Shown in pieces: positions 20,101 through 30,000 of a stretch of DNA of 64,000 bases. The translations under genes and the position numbers were made by a program. Source of the stretch: an uncultured Bacteroidota bacterium (GTDB taxonomy: Bacteria > Bacteroidota > Bacteroidia > Bacteroidales > M50B96). The stretch lies in the NCBI GenBank assembly GCA_937954085.1, contig CALGAK010000041.1, forward strand, positions 4,476 through 68,475, given 5' to 3'. The notes under the pieces were generated by a model that worked only from the letters and a program-made list of their open reading frames with translations, was not told where the DNA came from and searched no databases. Positions within the stretch are counted from its first letter, which is position 1. Every line of letters begins with the position of its first letter.

Positions 20101-21579
20101 CTTGGTGAATTAAAAGTCCAAAAGGCTGCCTTTACAGTCGATTACCTTCAAACTCGCTATTTCTTCAGCGATATTATTCAGTTTACTCCCGATACGATTC
20201 GATTTAGCCAAGTAGCCATGACCGATCAGGATGGTAACCCGGCTCAACTCAATGGCCATTTTTCTCATCGGTCTTTTCGAAATATTGCGATGGATTTGAG
20301 CATTTTATCGGATAAAATACTGGTGCTCAATACCGATTTCGACGATAATGCCAGTTATTACGGGCGAGCTTTAGCTGCTGGAATATTTCGCTTGAGTGGT
20401 CCGTTGAACAAGCTATTAATCGATATCAATGCTAAAACCTTAGCAGGGACGAGTTTTCTTATTCCTTTAGATTCAGGTTCGGAGGCCAGTTCAGGCTCCT
20501 TCGTCACTTTTGTGAATCCGAACGAACAAAACCTTGAAAAAGAAGCGCCCGAAGAAGTGACCGTTCCCGGCGGCCTGCGATTGAACTTCAATCTTGAAGT
20601 TACCCCGGAAGCCGAAGTGCAAATGATTTTTGATTCTAAAATGGGCGATATTATCAAAGGGAATGGGACCGCGAATCTTAAAATGGAGATTAATTCCCAA
20701 GGCGATTTTACCATGTACGGCGACTATACCATCCAAAAGGGTGAGTATTTGCTCACTTTGGCAAATTTTTTCAGCCGGAAGTTTAAGATTAAAGAAGGAG
20801 GAACAATCCGTTGGACGGGCAGCCCTTATGAGGCCGATATGGATATTGTAGCATACTACGAAGCACAGGCTCAATTGAAAGATTTACTGTCGGATAGCTC
20901 CGATGTGTATCGAAATAAACTGCAAGTGGAATGTCAGATTGCCATGAACGGAAAATTGTTGGAACCCGATTTTAATTTTGGAATCCAATTACCTCCTTCA
21001 GCCGATACCGAACAAGCAATAATCGATGGGTTGCCTGAAAATGAGCTTAATAAGCAGTTTATTTCATTGTTGGTAATCAATCAGTTTCAACCGCTATCCG
21101 GATTTAGTTTAGCCGGAGGATCAGCCTTTGGTAGTTCCAACCTTTCGCAAAATACCACCGAGATTCTGTCGAATCAGTTATCGCATTGGATTTCGCAAAT
21201 TAGCAACGATTTCGATATTGGTTTTAAATACCGACCGGGGAATGAGCTTTCAACCGATGAGCTGGAATTTGCTCTGCGTACTCAGTTATTCAACGACTAC
21301 CTTACCATAAACGGCAACCTTGGAGTGGGAGGGCAGTATGCCTTCACGAACACCATGGTTGGCGATGTGGAAGCCGAATTGAAGATTACGCCTTCCGGAA
21401 AAGTGCGGATAAAGGCATTTAATCGTTCGAACACCAATCTCGATTATGAAAAAGGTCCGTTTACCCGCGGGGTAGGCGTGTTCTTTCGAGAGGAGTTCAA
21501 CTCGGTTGGCGATCTGTGGAAGAAGTATTTTCGATTTTTATCTTCCGATAATACCGATCAGGTTAGCGAATCAAATTAA
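17191..21579 (+). CDS. tamB: Translocation and assembly module protein TamB-like (DUF490-type giant periplasm-spanning protein); 5' end uncertain
   Basis: About 1460 aa with an N-terminal membrane anchor, a long beta-rich body, and a C-terminal region (LRTQLFNDYLTINGNLGVGG...KVRIKAFNRSN) typical of TamB. The first canonical start is the TTG at 17191, but the anchor appears to begin upstream (see findings). Confidence 0.72.
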   Translation: MLSLIAIPLLLSGLLQIPYVQTKVVNYISGQVAEELQVDVRVGHVALRFLNTLTLEEVFVSDQQGDTLFFIGELDAGIGMIRRDEKSIHLTKVKMTEFFMHLNKEADGYSNLRFLVQYLKKDSASATQDKWKIFADEVATEDSRVYITRFDAEPKRFGVNYFDLRFTDLNIYAHDFSLVSDSIQATFNQLSFREASGLTMKQITGELLVHPQVLSLENTRLQLAESNLELKSLRFDYADYDGLSDFVEQVQMEINLQNAQIFLSELALFAPSLEGMKDELSIDAYVTGKVGSLNCQYVDLAYGDETRFKGDIQFMGLPEVEETFIHADIETFRTYSADVESLRLPDLAGESYVQIPALVKDLGVFTYRGYFTGFVADFVAFGELKSDAGTLLSDIKLSENPLTQTLQYTGRIATEHYQLSKVFPTLSSLGHVNLDLKLSGYRTGNRFSTTTMEGTVQEISFNNQIIRGFELRGKQENKRFDGFVQVDDEHLSLEFSGIIDFSDEVPFFSFSALVDTFNLAALGLTPSDSIATFSADIQTNFRASTLDDLEGEILLWDVAYNRNGNPVQMDNFALFANRIAGNSYLSLQSSLLDLQIDGQYLFKDIPRLMTQYLSYYFPSSGIAYEPVEEEHDFTYSLEVKSSDSLLRAFLPSLRLPEGGTFFGSMNSSTPTFELMFDVPIFRFNTTEVKHANASIIADFEELRFDWNAEKITVSESFFLDSLTFVSTSKSDTSLFSLQWKNRTTQNNQGNINALLYIEDRSPASPRFFLDLLSSELVVADSVWSIEPGSAQFGSDGLLLDSFNALHNDQSISLRGGLNRQETDTFLVQLSNIELADFSPLTRNWTLDPAGLINGTASILTGPEGSLFFADLQVDSFILNEHHHGDLFLSSVWNDSLKLVEVDSRIQSGKLTPMRVNGTVQPNGGMLDLSITLDKMNLKAAEPWLTGIFSDMNGLISNRLKLTGPASQPQLLGELKVQKAAFTVDYLQTRYFFSDIIQFTPDTIRFSQVAMTDQDGNPAQLNGHFSHRSFRNIAMDLSILSDKILVLNTDFDDNASYYGRALAAGIFRLSGPLNKLLIDINAKTLAGTSFLIPLDSGSEASSGSFVTFVNPNEQNLEKEAPEEVTVPGGLRLNFNLEVTPEAEVQMIFDSKMGDIIKGNGTANLKMEINSQGDFTMYGDYTIQKGEYLLTLANFFSRKFKIKEGGTIRWTGSPYEADMDIVAYYEAQAQLKDLLSDSSDVYRNKLQVECQIAMNGKLLEPDFNFGIQLPPSADTEQAIIDGLPENELNKQFISLLVINQFQPLSGFSLAGGSAFGSSNLSQNTTEILSNQLSHWISQISNDFDIGFKYRPGNELSTDELEFALRTQLFNDYLTINGNLGVGGQYAFTNTMVGDVEAELKITPSGKVRIKAFNRSNTNLDYEKGPFTRGVGVFFREEFNSVGDLWKKYFRFLSSDNTDQVSESN

Positions 21580-24500
21580 CCATCCCTTCCTTTTCCAGGA
21601 ATCGCCCATCATAAGTCTCTGCTTTTACCCGATAATAATACGTTTCCCCGGGTTGAATTTGCCCGCGATGGCGTCCATCCCATCCCTCGGTCATGTCTTG
21701 AGAGAAAAAGACTTGCTCTCCCCAACGGTTATAAACGGTGAACTCCAACAGCTGTTTGATCCCCCAACCTCGAGCATACAGAAGGTCGTTATTCCCATCG
21801 CCATTGGGAGTGAAAACCGATGGCACATCGAGGGTGAATTCCCACCACACATCGATGTATAAACTGTCGGTCCATTTAAAACAAAGACTATCATTGGCAT
21901 AGGCACTTATTTCCAAAAGATACTGCGTGCTTTCTAAGGGTTGAAAAATAGGATAGGCTCCTGCCGATTGAACAATTCCATCTAGCGGACTCCATTCGTA
22001 ATACACTTCGTATCGTTCTCCTAAATCGAGATTCAAGTATTCACCTACAATCAGAGCGGTGTCGCTTAAATCCAAATCAAAAGCTTGTTGCACAAACAAT
22101 TCTATGAGGGTGTCAGAAACACAGTCTTTATCCGATTCCAAATGGAGATTGTAAGTCATTGATTGAGGGGGATAGAAAATCGGATTAGGGGAAGAAATAT
22201 CGCTGATGAAACTGTCGGGCGACCAGGTATAATTTGCCACATGCTCACCGATAGCCTCAATTTGCACACTGTCGCCATAACATAGCTCCGGGTCGGGTTC
22301 CAGGATGATTGTCGGACTTGGGTTGACGGTAATCAAATGCTGGGTCGAAACCTCATCGCATCCGTATTGGGTATTGGAGATGGTGAGTTCAACTTCAAAT
22401 TCTCCGGCCGATTGAAAGGCATGTAAGGGATGCATCAGATCACTCGTGGATCCATCGCCAAAATCCCACCAATACTCATCGGCATTAACCGATTCATTGA
22501 TGAATTGCACCTCGTAAGGCTCGCAACCTTCAATTTGCGAATGATTGGGTCCGGCCAAAAAGCGTGGTCGCACATCAATAATTTTAACAAAGGAAGAATC
22601 CGAATCCGGACATTCTCCATTGATATCGGTCCAAGTAAAAAAGACCTGCACGGTGTCGTTCAATCCTGGTAGGTGATAAGGATGCGATACGGGAACTTGA
22701 TCTGTTCCGGTACCATCGCCAAAATCAATGAAAAAGTCGCCGAGATTCAAACTATCGGTTAAGGTAAAATGGACGCTATCGCCCAAGCAAATTTCCTTTG
22801 GTTCCAGCTCAAATCCAACGGTCGATCCGCCAATGGGTATATCGATGGTCGAAACGCCTGTACATCCTGCCGTAGTTACTGCCTCGAACGAAACCTGATA
22901 CGTGCCGGGAGTATTGTAAACATGTTGTGGTGTAATAACATGGCCGGTACTCCCGTCGCCAAAATCCCACCAAATGGAATTAAAGTAGTACACTGCCGGG
23001 TCGATTGAAAAATCGACAAATACCGGACTGCACTTGCCGGAAATAGTCGTGTCTAATTGGAAATGAGCAGTTTCCACCATCACAGTCGTATTGCTCAGGG
23101 CAGCCGTGTCGATACATCCACCATCGTTCACGATTAGGTCGATGAGATGCTCGCCTTGCTCTTCAAATACAATGGATGGTTCAAATCCTATTGGTCCGGG
23201 TACTCCATCGATAAGCCAGGTGAAGCTGGCTGTTGGACTTAAAAAGTCGCTCAGATTGGTCACGGTGAGGGTGTCGGTAAGACACATCAGTTGAGTAGAA
23301 AGTTCAAAATCGGCATCCGGTTGGGTCGAATATAGAATCTGTGTCAGACTCCCACTGCAACCAAGCGAGTCGATCACCTGCAAGGTAATTGGGTAAGCTC
23401 CCGGATTCGAATACTGAAGAGCCGGCGGATGCTGCAACGAGGAGCTACCTCCCGGACCAAAATTCCAATTCCAAATGACGATAGGAATATCGTGTTGGGT
23501 ATGGTTGTCGAACTGCACGGTTACCGGATTACAATTGTCGGGTGTTAATAAGTCGAAATCGGGTAGGGGCTTGCGCACATTCACCCAAATGGTGGTTGTG
23601 TCGGTACACGCATTTTCGGCAACGATAACCAATTGGACTTCGTATTGCCCAGGCTCGTTATAGGCGTGGGTTACAACGGTGTCCATGGTAAAGTAAATCA
23701 GGGAGCTATCGTACGGAGAAGAGTAAGGGTACCAGGTACTATCGCCAAAAGTCCATTGATAAATTCCATCGATGGAAAAGAGATTGATTACTCCTTCATC
23801 TTGCGATTGATAGGATTCGAAGGTGATGGTATCGCCTGCACACACATCGAGGGTGTCGGCCACAATTTGCGCAAGCGGATGTCTCACGACCACCTGGATG
23901 GAATCGTGGTACTCACAACCGGTTGTGGCATTATAGCTGTGAAGAAATGCCCATCCATCGAGCGATTGGGTGTAATCGTGGGTGGTATTGGGAGCATTCA
24001 GGTTATCGGTGTTCCCATCGCCAAAATCCCATAAAAAGGTCTCGTAGCCATAATCTTTAATCATGTTAAAGGTGTAATGATATGGATCTGGTTCGCATAA
24101 ATGCCAACCTACCAATTCCGTAATTGGCCCATTGACATAGAAGGCATTTTCAATCGTCGTATCCTCAATGCAGAGGTTATGGTTAATGAACATGGAAACG
24201 GTCATCCAACCCGTATCGACCGGGTGTAAATACGCATAGTATCCGGAACCGGCCAAGTCTCCATTTAAATGCCAGGTTACGTTGAAGGTATTGGTGTTGA
24301 TGGTGGAGGTGTTGAAAGGCATAAGGCTATCGCTGCCGCAAATAGTAGTGGGTGGTTGAATTTCAAATTCTGCGATATTGGTCGTGTCGCCCACCATGAC
24401 AAAGGATCCTTCTTCAACCACGCAGCCCAAAGCGGTAATAATCGTTAGGTCGAGGTTGAACATTCCGGTGTCGGAATAAGTGTGGGGTGGCGGAACGAGG

Positions 24501-25987
24501 GCTGTATCGACTGTTCCATCGCCCCATGACCAAATGTGCATAACAATGCTATCGTAGGGGCATACATTGAAATGAATGTCGGGTTGCACATCGGGAGTGA
24601 AGGGAACACATCCTCCCAAGGGGTCGATAGCCATCCAAACATGGGGTAAATAAATGTCGGTTTGGGAAACGGCGGTATCGATGCAACCATTGGGACTCGT
24701 TACAATGAGGGTATCGTAGAAAAGATGAAATCCGTCGGAAAAAAGACTTTGGTTATTGGTGTAGTTGATGGTTGGGTTAGTAATCGTCATCGTCGTTTCG
24801 AAATCCAAAATCCAGTAATAATCCAGCCCACCATTTAAGCTATTGGTGCTAGAGTAATTAATGTACTCTTGTTCATGAGGCAAGACGCAGATATACGGGT
24901 CGCTTAATTGAAAATTAGCATTGGCTGTTTCAATGAAAAGGGAGTCGGTTTTTGTATCGGCGCAATCGCCGTTAAGGGTCGCTTCAAGGCTGATGGTATT
25001 CCATCCGGGAGTAAGTAGTTCAATGGTGGGTTCCATTTGATTACTGCTTCCTTGCGGGAAGGTCCACTCATATTGATTGGCAATGATCGATTGATTATCG
25101 GGCTGAAAGGATTCGCCAAAACAGATGATGTCGGTGAGGTCGAAGTCGGCAATCACGTCGCCAATCGTAATGGTATAGTCGCGTGAGCTGGAGCATCCTT
25201 GGGCATCGGTTGCAACCAATGTTACAACCACATTGTTGAATCCTGCAAAAGAAAAGCTGGGCGCCGGAAGACTGCTGCTCTGCCCGTCGGAGGTTGTCCA
25301 AGAGTAGGTGCTTACTCCTGTCATGTTATTTACGATCATGGTGTTAGCCGGGACTTCGCAAAATACATTTGGGCTGGGATACCAGAGCTGGCTGGGGCCA
25401 CCCGAGGTTTGAATCAGATTTACTTCTGTATGAGCGTTGATGCACCCATTCTCGTCGGTAACCTGAAGGGTAATGGAAAACCTCCCCGCCGTTTGATACA
25501 CAACGCTCGGGTTGATACTACTGGTTGATGACTGAGCGGTTCCATTTCCAAAATTCCAGTTCCAGGAGGTTATAGAGCCACTCCCTGGGGTCGACAAATC
25601 TTGGAACTGAACATTAAAAGGAGTACATCCACTATTGGCGCCACTGGAAAGCTGAAAATTAGCCTGCGGATTAGCAAATACTTCAACCTGAATACTAGCC
25701 GTGTGAATGGTTCCATTATCGTTAACAAAAGCCTGAATGGTATATACGCCCGGATTGAGATAAGTTGCTACCGGATTGGCCACATCGGAGGTATTGCCAT
25801 TCCCTAAATTCCATTCGTAGTTACCTGCTCCTAAACCAGGCATATTCGTTGAAAATTGAACGAGTAGGGGAGAGCAGCCTTCGGAATCAGAGGCAGTTAT
25901 GCTTAAGGCTTGCGCTGTAGAAGCAGCGGGGAAATAGAGAAGAATCGCAAAAAATAGAAAAGGAATAAAGCGGTGCAGGTTCTTCAT
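21563..25987 (-). CDS. Giant PKD-repeat cell-surface protein with a type-B T9SS C-terminal domain
   Basis: Signal peptide MKNLHRFIPFLFFAILLYFPAASTAQA. There are about 13 modules carrying W-x-F/W-G-D/N-G motifs (WNWNFGNGT, WDFGDGNT, WWDFGDGST...), then two Cys-bracketed stalk modules and a type-B CTD. Confidence 0.85.
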   Translation of the reverse strand: MKNLHRFIPFLFFAILLYFPAASTAQALSITASDSEGCSPLLVQFSTNMPGLGAGNYEWNLGNGNTSDVANPVATYLNPGVYTIQAFVNDNGTIHTASIQVEVFANPQANFQLSSGANSGCTPFNVQFQDLSTPGSGSITSWNWNFGNGTAQSSTSSINPSVVYQTAGRFSITLQVTDENGCINAHTEVNLIQTSGGPSQLWYPSPNVFCEVPANTMIVNNMTGVSTYSWTTSDGQSSSLPAPSFSFAGFNNVVVTLVATDAQGCSSSRDYTITIGDVIADFDLTDIICFGESFQPDNQSIIANQYEWTFPQGSSNQMEPTIELLTPGWNTISLEATLNGDCADTKTDSLFIETANANFQLSDPYICVLPHEQEYINYSSTNSLNGGLDYYWILDFETTMTITNPTINYTNNQSLFSDGFHLFYDTLIVTSPNGCIDTAVSQTDIYLPHVWMAIDPLGGCVPFTPDVQPDIHFNVCPYDSIVMHIWSWGDGTVDTALVPPPHTYSDTGMFNLDLTIITALGCVVEEGSFVMVGDTTNIAEFEIQPPTTICGSDSLMPFNTSTINTNTFNVTWHLNGDLAGSGYYAYLHPVDTGWMTVSMFINHNLCIEDTTIENAFYVNGPITELVGWHLCEPDPYHYTFNMIKDYGYETFLWDFGDGNTDNLNAPNTTHDYTQSLDGWAFLHSYNATTGCEYHDSIQVVVRHPLAQIVADTLDVCAGDTITFESYQSQDEGVINLFSIDGIYQWTFGDSTWYPYSSPYDSSLIYFTMDTVVTHAYNEPGQYEVQLVIVAENACTDTTTIWVNVRKPLPDFDLLTPDNCNPVTVQFDNHTQHDIPIVIWNWNFGPGGSSSLQHPPALQYSNPGAYPITLQVIDSLGCSGSLTQILYSTQPDADFELSTQLMCLTDTLTVTNLSDFLSPTASFTWLIDGVPGPIGFEPSIVFEEQGEHLIDLIVNDGGCIDTAALSNTTVMVETAHFQLDTTISGKCSPVFVDFSIDPAVYYFNSIWWDFGDGSTGHVITPQHVYNTPGTYQVSFEAVTTAGCTGVSTIDIPIGGSTVGFELEPKEICLGDSVHFTLTDSLNLGDFFIDFGDGTGTDQVPVSHPYHLPGLNDTVQVFFTWTDINGECPDSDSSFVKIIDVRPRFLAGPNHSQIEGCEPYEVQFINESVNADEYWWDFGDGSTSDLMHPLHAFQSAGEFEVELTISNTQYGCDEVSTQHLITVNPSPTIILEPDPELCYGDSVQIEAIGEHVANYTWSPDSFISDISSPNPIFYPPQSMTYNLHLESDKDCVSDTLIELFVQQAFDLDLSDTALIVGEYLNLDLGERYEVYYEWSPLDGIVQSAGAYPIFQPLESTQYLLEISAYANDSLCFKWTDSLYIDVWWEFTLDVPSVFTPNGDGNNDLLYARGWGIKQLLEFTVYNRWGEQVFFSQDMTEGWDGRHRGQIQPGETYYYRVKAETYDGRFLEKEGMVNLIR
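21566..21826 (-). other. Type-B T9SS C-terminal domain (gliding-motility-associated CTD)
   Basis: VPSVFTPNGDGNNDLLY...VYNRWGEQVF...GWDGRHRGQ...YYYRVKAE...EKEGMVNLIR. Confidence 0.8.
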
Positions 25988-26153
25988 GAAGTGAACTTAA
26001 ATAAGGTGATAATACCAGCTTTAGACTGATATTTTTGCGATAGTTGTAAAATGAACCCGATAAATTTAAAAAAAAAATGTTGTTCCAAAGTTCGTGGATT
26101 ACGCCTCGTTCAATGGATTGAAAAAAGTATCTTCGTGGGGTTAATATGCTCCC

Positions 26154-26978
26154 ATGGATTACAGTAGCTCCGCCATTTGGTATGCTTTTGCCATCACAAC
26201 ATTTGCCGGCCTTTCAACCGGAATTGGTAGTCTATTGGCTTTTTTTACCAAAACAACCCACAAGAAGTTTCTTACCATGTCTCTAGGCTTTTCTGCCGGA
26301 GTAATGATTTATGTGTCGATGATCGAAATTTTTCCGCAGGCCCTCGAAGTCCTCCAAGGGCAAGACGCGCTCGGCTCCGGCTCATCGAAATGGCCCTATG
26401 TTGTTACTACTTTGTCCTTCTTTGGTGGAATCGCTTTCATTGCTATCATCGACCGACTCATACCCGATGCGGAGAACCCGCATGAAATACGAACAGTTGA
26501 GGATATGTCGAAAGAGCCAAAACAAAATCGGCTCATGCGACTGGGAGTCTTCACCGCCCTAGCCATTGGAATACATAATTTACCCGAGGGAATGGCAACT
26601 TTTACCGCTGCATTGAATGATCCGGGGATGGGATTTGCCATCGCTGTTGCCATCGCCATTCACAATATCCCGGAAGGCATCGCCGTTGCCGTTCCAATCT
26701 ATTTTGCTACCAAAAGCCGTAAAAAATCCTTTTGGTACAGCTTTACCTCAGGGCTAGCCGAACCGGTCGGAGCCCTCATTGCTTACCTTATATTACTTCC
26801 CTTCCTTACGCCAACAGTTTTCGGAATTATTTTCGCGGCTGTGGCAGGAATCATGGTGTTTATTTCGGTCGATGAGCTGCTCCCTGCTGCTCATGAATTT
26901 GGAGAACACCACCTATCGGTCTATGGCCTGATTGCCGGAATGGCAATAATGGCCATTAGTTTAATTACCCTGCAGTGA
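26154..26978 (+). CDS. zupT: ZIP-family zinc transporter ZupT
   Basis: Eight predicted TM segments with paired HNLPEGMA and HNIPEGIAVAVP motifs. Confidence 0.9.
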   Translation: MDYSSSAIWYAFAITTFAGLSTGIGSLLAFFTKTTHKKFLTMSLGFSAGVMIYVSMIEIFPQALEVLQGQDALGSGSSKWPYVVTTLSFFGGIAFIAIIDRLIPDAENPHEIRTVEDMSKEPKQNRLMRLGVFTALAIGIHNLPEGMATFTAALNDPGMGFAIAVAIAIHNIPEGIAVAVPIYFATKSRKKSFWYSFTSGLAEPVGALIAYLILLPFLTPTVFGIIFAAVAGIMVFISVDELLPAAHEFGEHHLSVYGLIAGMAIMAISLITLQ

Positions 26979-27091
26979 GAAAAATTCTTGTTCGTAATTT
27001 CGAAAAGATATTTCATACAAGTCTGTCCTAAGTCTCGCCAAATCCTCTAATTTTAGGCGATTTATTTTTTTAAGACTTATTTCTTTCTTGT

Positions 27092-30000
27092 ATGAAGACA
27101 TCTTTTTGGGTGAGAGCATGGTTTCTAAATGCTTTTTTCTTGCTGGCCTTGCCAGCCATCCTCCTGGCTCAAGCCGGTTCACGACATATTTATTCGCTTC
27201 AACCAACCCACGACGCTTTCATTCTTACCGACATTAGTCCGGAAGGATTTACCGTGGAGCAATCGATTAGCCAATTTGGAGTGGAAACGCTAGAGCGAAA
27301 TGGAAATACGTATTTCCGATTACAAGTTCCAGGCTTTGGCATCAATGCCAATGCAATTGGGAATCCTGAACTTCCTGCTTATCATCGAATGCTCGAAATT
27401 CCTTTTCAAGCAAGCTGGGAAATAGAAATTATTGAACAAACCTATGAACTTGTTTCTTTGGTCGCCGATTTTCCGGGTATGGAGTTAATCCCCGTTCAAC
27501 CCAGTGTGGGAAAACATCAAGATGAAAATGATTTGACCTTCTATCGCAACGAGGCGATTTATGAATCAAATCAATTTTATGCCGAGGAAGTTGTTACGGT
27601 AGAATCGCTCGGAACAATGCGGGGCGTTGGTCTCGGTCGGTTAGGCGTGCAAGCATTTGCTTATCAGCCTCAAACAGGTACAGTCAAGGTGCTTAGCTCT
27701 CTCAAGTTTAAAGTGCGTTTTGTTGGAGCAGATTATGCAACTACCTCAGCTCGCAAACGCAAGTACTTTTCTCCCACGTTCGAAACAAATTTTAAAACCC
27801 TTATCAATTATTCGAATTCCAGTAAAGAGCTGATTACTCAAGCTCCGGTTGTTTATCAGATTATTTCGGATCCCATGTTTGCAGCCGATTTAGAACCTTT
27901 TATTCTTTGGAAAACGCAAAAAGGGTTTCAGGTTCAAGTTGCTTATACCAACGATCCGAATGTTGGAACTTCAACTGCCAGTATTCAAAGCTTCCTTACC
28001 AATCTTTACACGCAGGCCAGCCCTTCGAATCCTGCTCCCAGTTTTGTGCTACTTGTTGGCGATGTGCAGCAGATCCCTGCTTTTGCAGGAACTGCCGGTA
28101 GCCATGTGAGCGATTTATATTATTTCTGTTACGATGGTGCTTCCGATTACTTTCCCGACATCTATTACGGACGGTTTTCTGCTCAGAACTTAGCTCAACT
28201 CCAACCTCAAATAGAGAAGACCCTGGAATATGAAAAATACCTCATGCCGGATCCTTCCTTCCTCAACGAGGTTGTTTTAGTAGCCGGAGTCGATGCCAGT
28301 TATGCCCCAACACACGGAAATGGACAAATAAATTATGCGGTCGCGAACTATTTCAATACCACGAATGGTTTTATTACTCATTCCTATTTATATCCAGCTT
28401 CGGGTTCAAGCGCCACCCAAATTCGTCAGGATGTTAGCAATGGGGTAGGGCTTGCCAACTATACAGCACATTGTAATTCCAACGGATGGGCCGATCCTTC
28501 CTTTGTTACCTCGCATGTTCCTGCTTTACAAAATGTATCGCAATACCCTCTCATGATTGGGAATTGTTGTCTTTCCTCAAAATTCGACGACAGTGAGTGC
28601 TTCGGTGAAGCAGTGCTCCGTGCCAATAAAAAAGGAGCTATCGGTTACATCGGTGGATCGAATAATACCTATTGGAACGAAGATTTTTGGTTCTCCGTAG
28701 GACACGGAACGGTTACCGCTAATCCAACCTATGCTCAAACAGGTTTAGGATTTATCGATGCCATGTTCCACCTGAATGGAGAGCCTCTCAGCGAATGGTA
28801 CATTACCAATGGTCAGATTCAATATGTTGGAAATCTGGCGGTTACGGCTGGTGGGTCGAGCTTGGTGAAATACTACTGGGAAATTTATCACCTCATGGGC
28901 GATCCATCCTTGACCATTTATCAAGGCGTACCGACTCTCTTAGTCGCAACTTATTCCAACGGATTACCGCTCGGAGCCACGCAATTAGCCGTCCAAACAG
29001 AAGAACATGCCTATATTGGCTTGTCGAAAGATTCTACGCTAATTGCTGCTGCCATGGCTGGCCCCGGAGGTCTTGTCAATTTAACCTTTCCTCCTCTGTC
29101 CGAAATGGGCGACTATCAGATAACTATTACCAAACAGAATCGTCAGCCGCATATTGGACAAATTCAAGTGTTTGCAGCCAATACACCCTACGTTACCTGC
29201 CAAGCGCTTAGCATTCAGGATCCCACCGGTAATCAGAATGGATATGCCGATTTTTCCGAAACCATTTATTTAACTCCAACACTTCAGAATTTAGGGGGAA
29301 TCGATGCAACTGGATTAAGCATCGTTTGTTCTTCCACCGATGCTGCCGTTACTATTACTCAGTCAGCTGCCTCCTTATCCGGTCTGCTTAGCCAGGAATC
29401 AGCCGATATTGCCAATGCCTTCGAACTAGAAATTGGCGATTCAATCATCGATGAACAAGTGGTGCAGCTGGTTTTTACCATTAGCGATAATGCGGGCAAT
29501 ACTTGGGAATCATACGGAAATCTTGCGCTGTATGCTCCGTTGCTATCCATTGAGGAAGTGCAAGTATTGGATACTCCCGGAAATCAAAACGGACGCCTCG
29601 ATGCCGGAGAAGTAGCCTACGTGTCTTACCTCGTGAAGAATATTGGTCATGCAACCTATTCTGAAGCGATCACCTTCATCGATTCGCAAAGTCCCTATCT
29701 GTCGGTTATTTCTGCTCCACAATCGCTAAGTAACTTGACCGTCAATTCCAGCGATACACTTTCCTTGCTTATCGAAGTTGACCCAACAGCGCCATTAAAT
29801 ACGATAGCTGATTTAAGCATTCAGGTCGATGCTGGTTTCTATTCCAAAATAGCTCAACAAACTGAAGGGATTCAGCAAATTGTCGAAGACTGGGAGTCGA
29901 ATTCCATGGAATCTTTTGCTTGGGTAAACGATAGTCCAATTCCATGGACGATTCAGGACTCTGAATTTGTCGATGGAAGCTATGCTGCCCGCTCTGGAAA

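Noticed and set aside
17494-25528. Many 60-135-aa ORFs inside or antisense to tamB and the PKD gene (for example 19431-19820, 20358-20874, 23633-24034 and 25199-25528). Similar ORFs lie within other large genes (1375-1602, 3162-3428, 28795-29211, 52575-52967).
   Set aside because: They lie wholly within long ORFs that have strong family signatures. Their composition is low-complexity or Arg/Ser-rich, typical of shadow frames. They have no promoter boxes or independent motif support.
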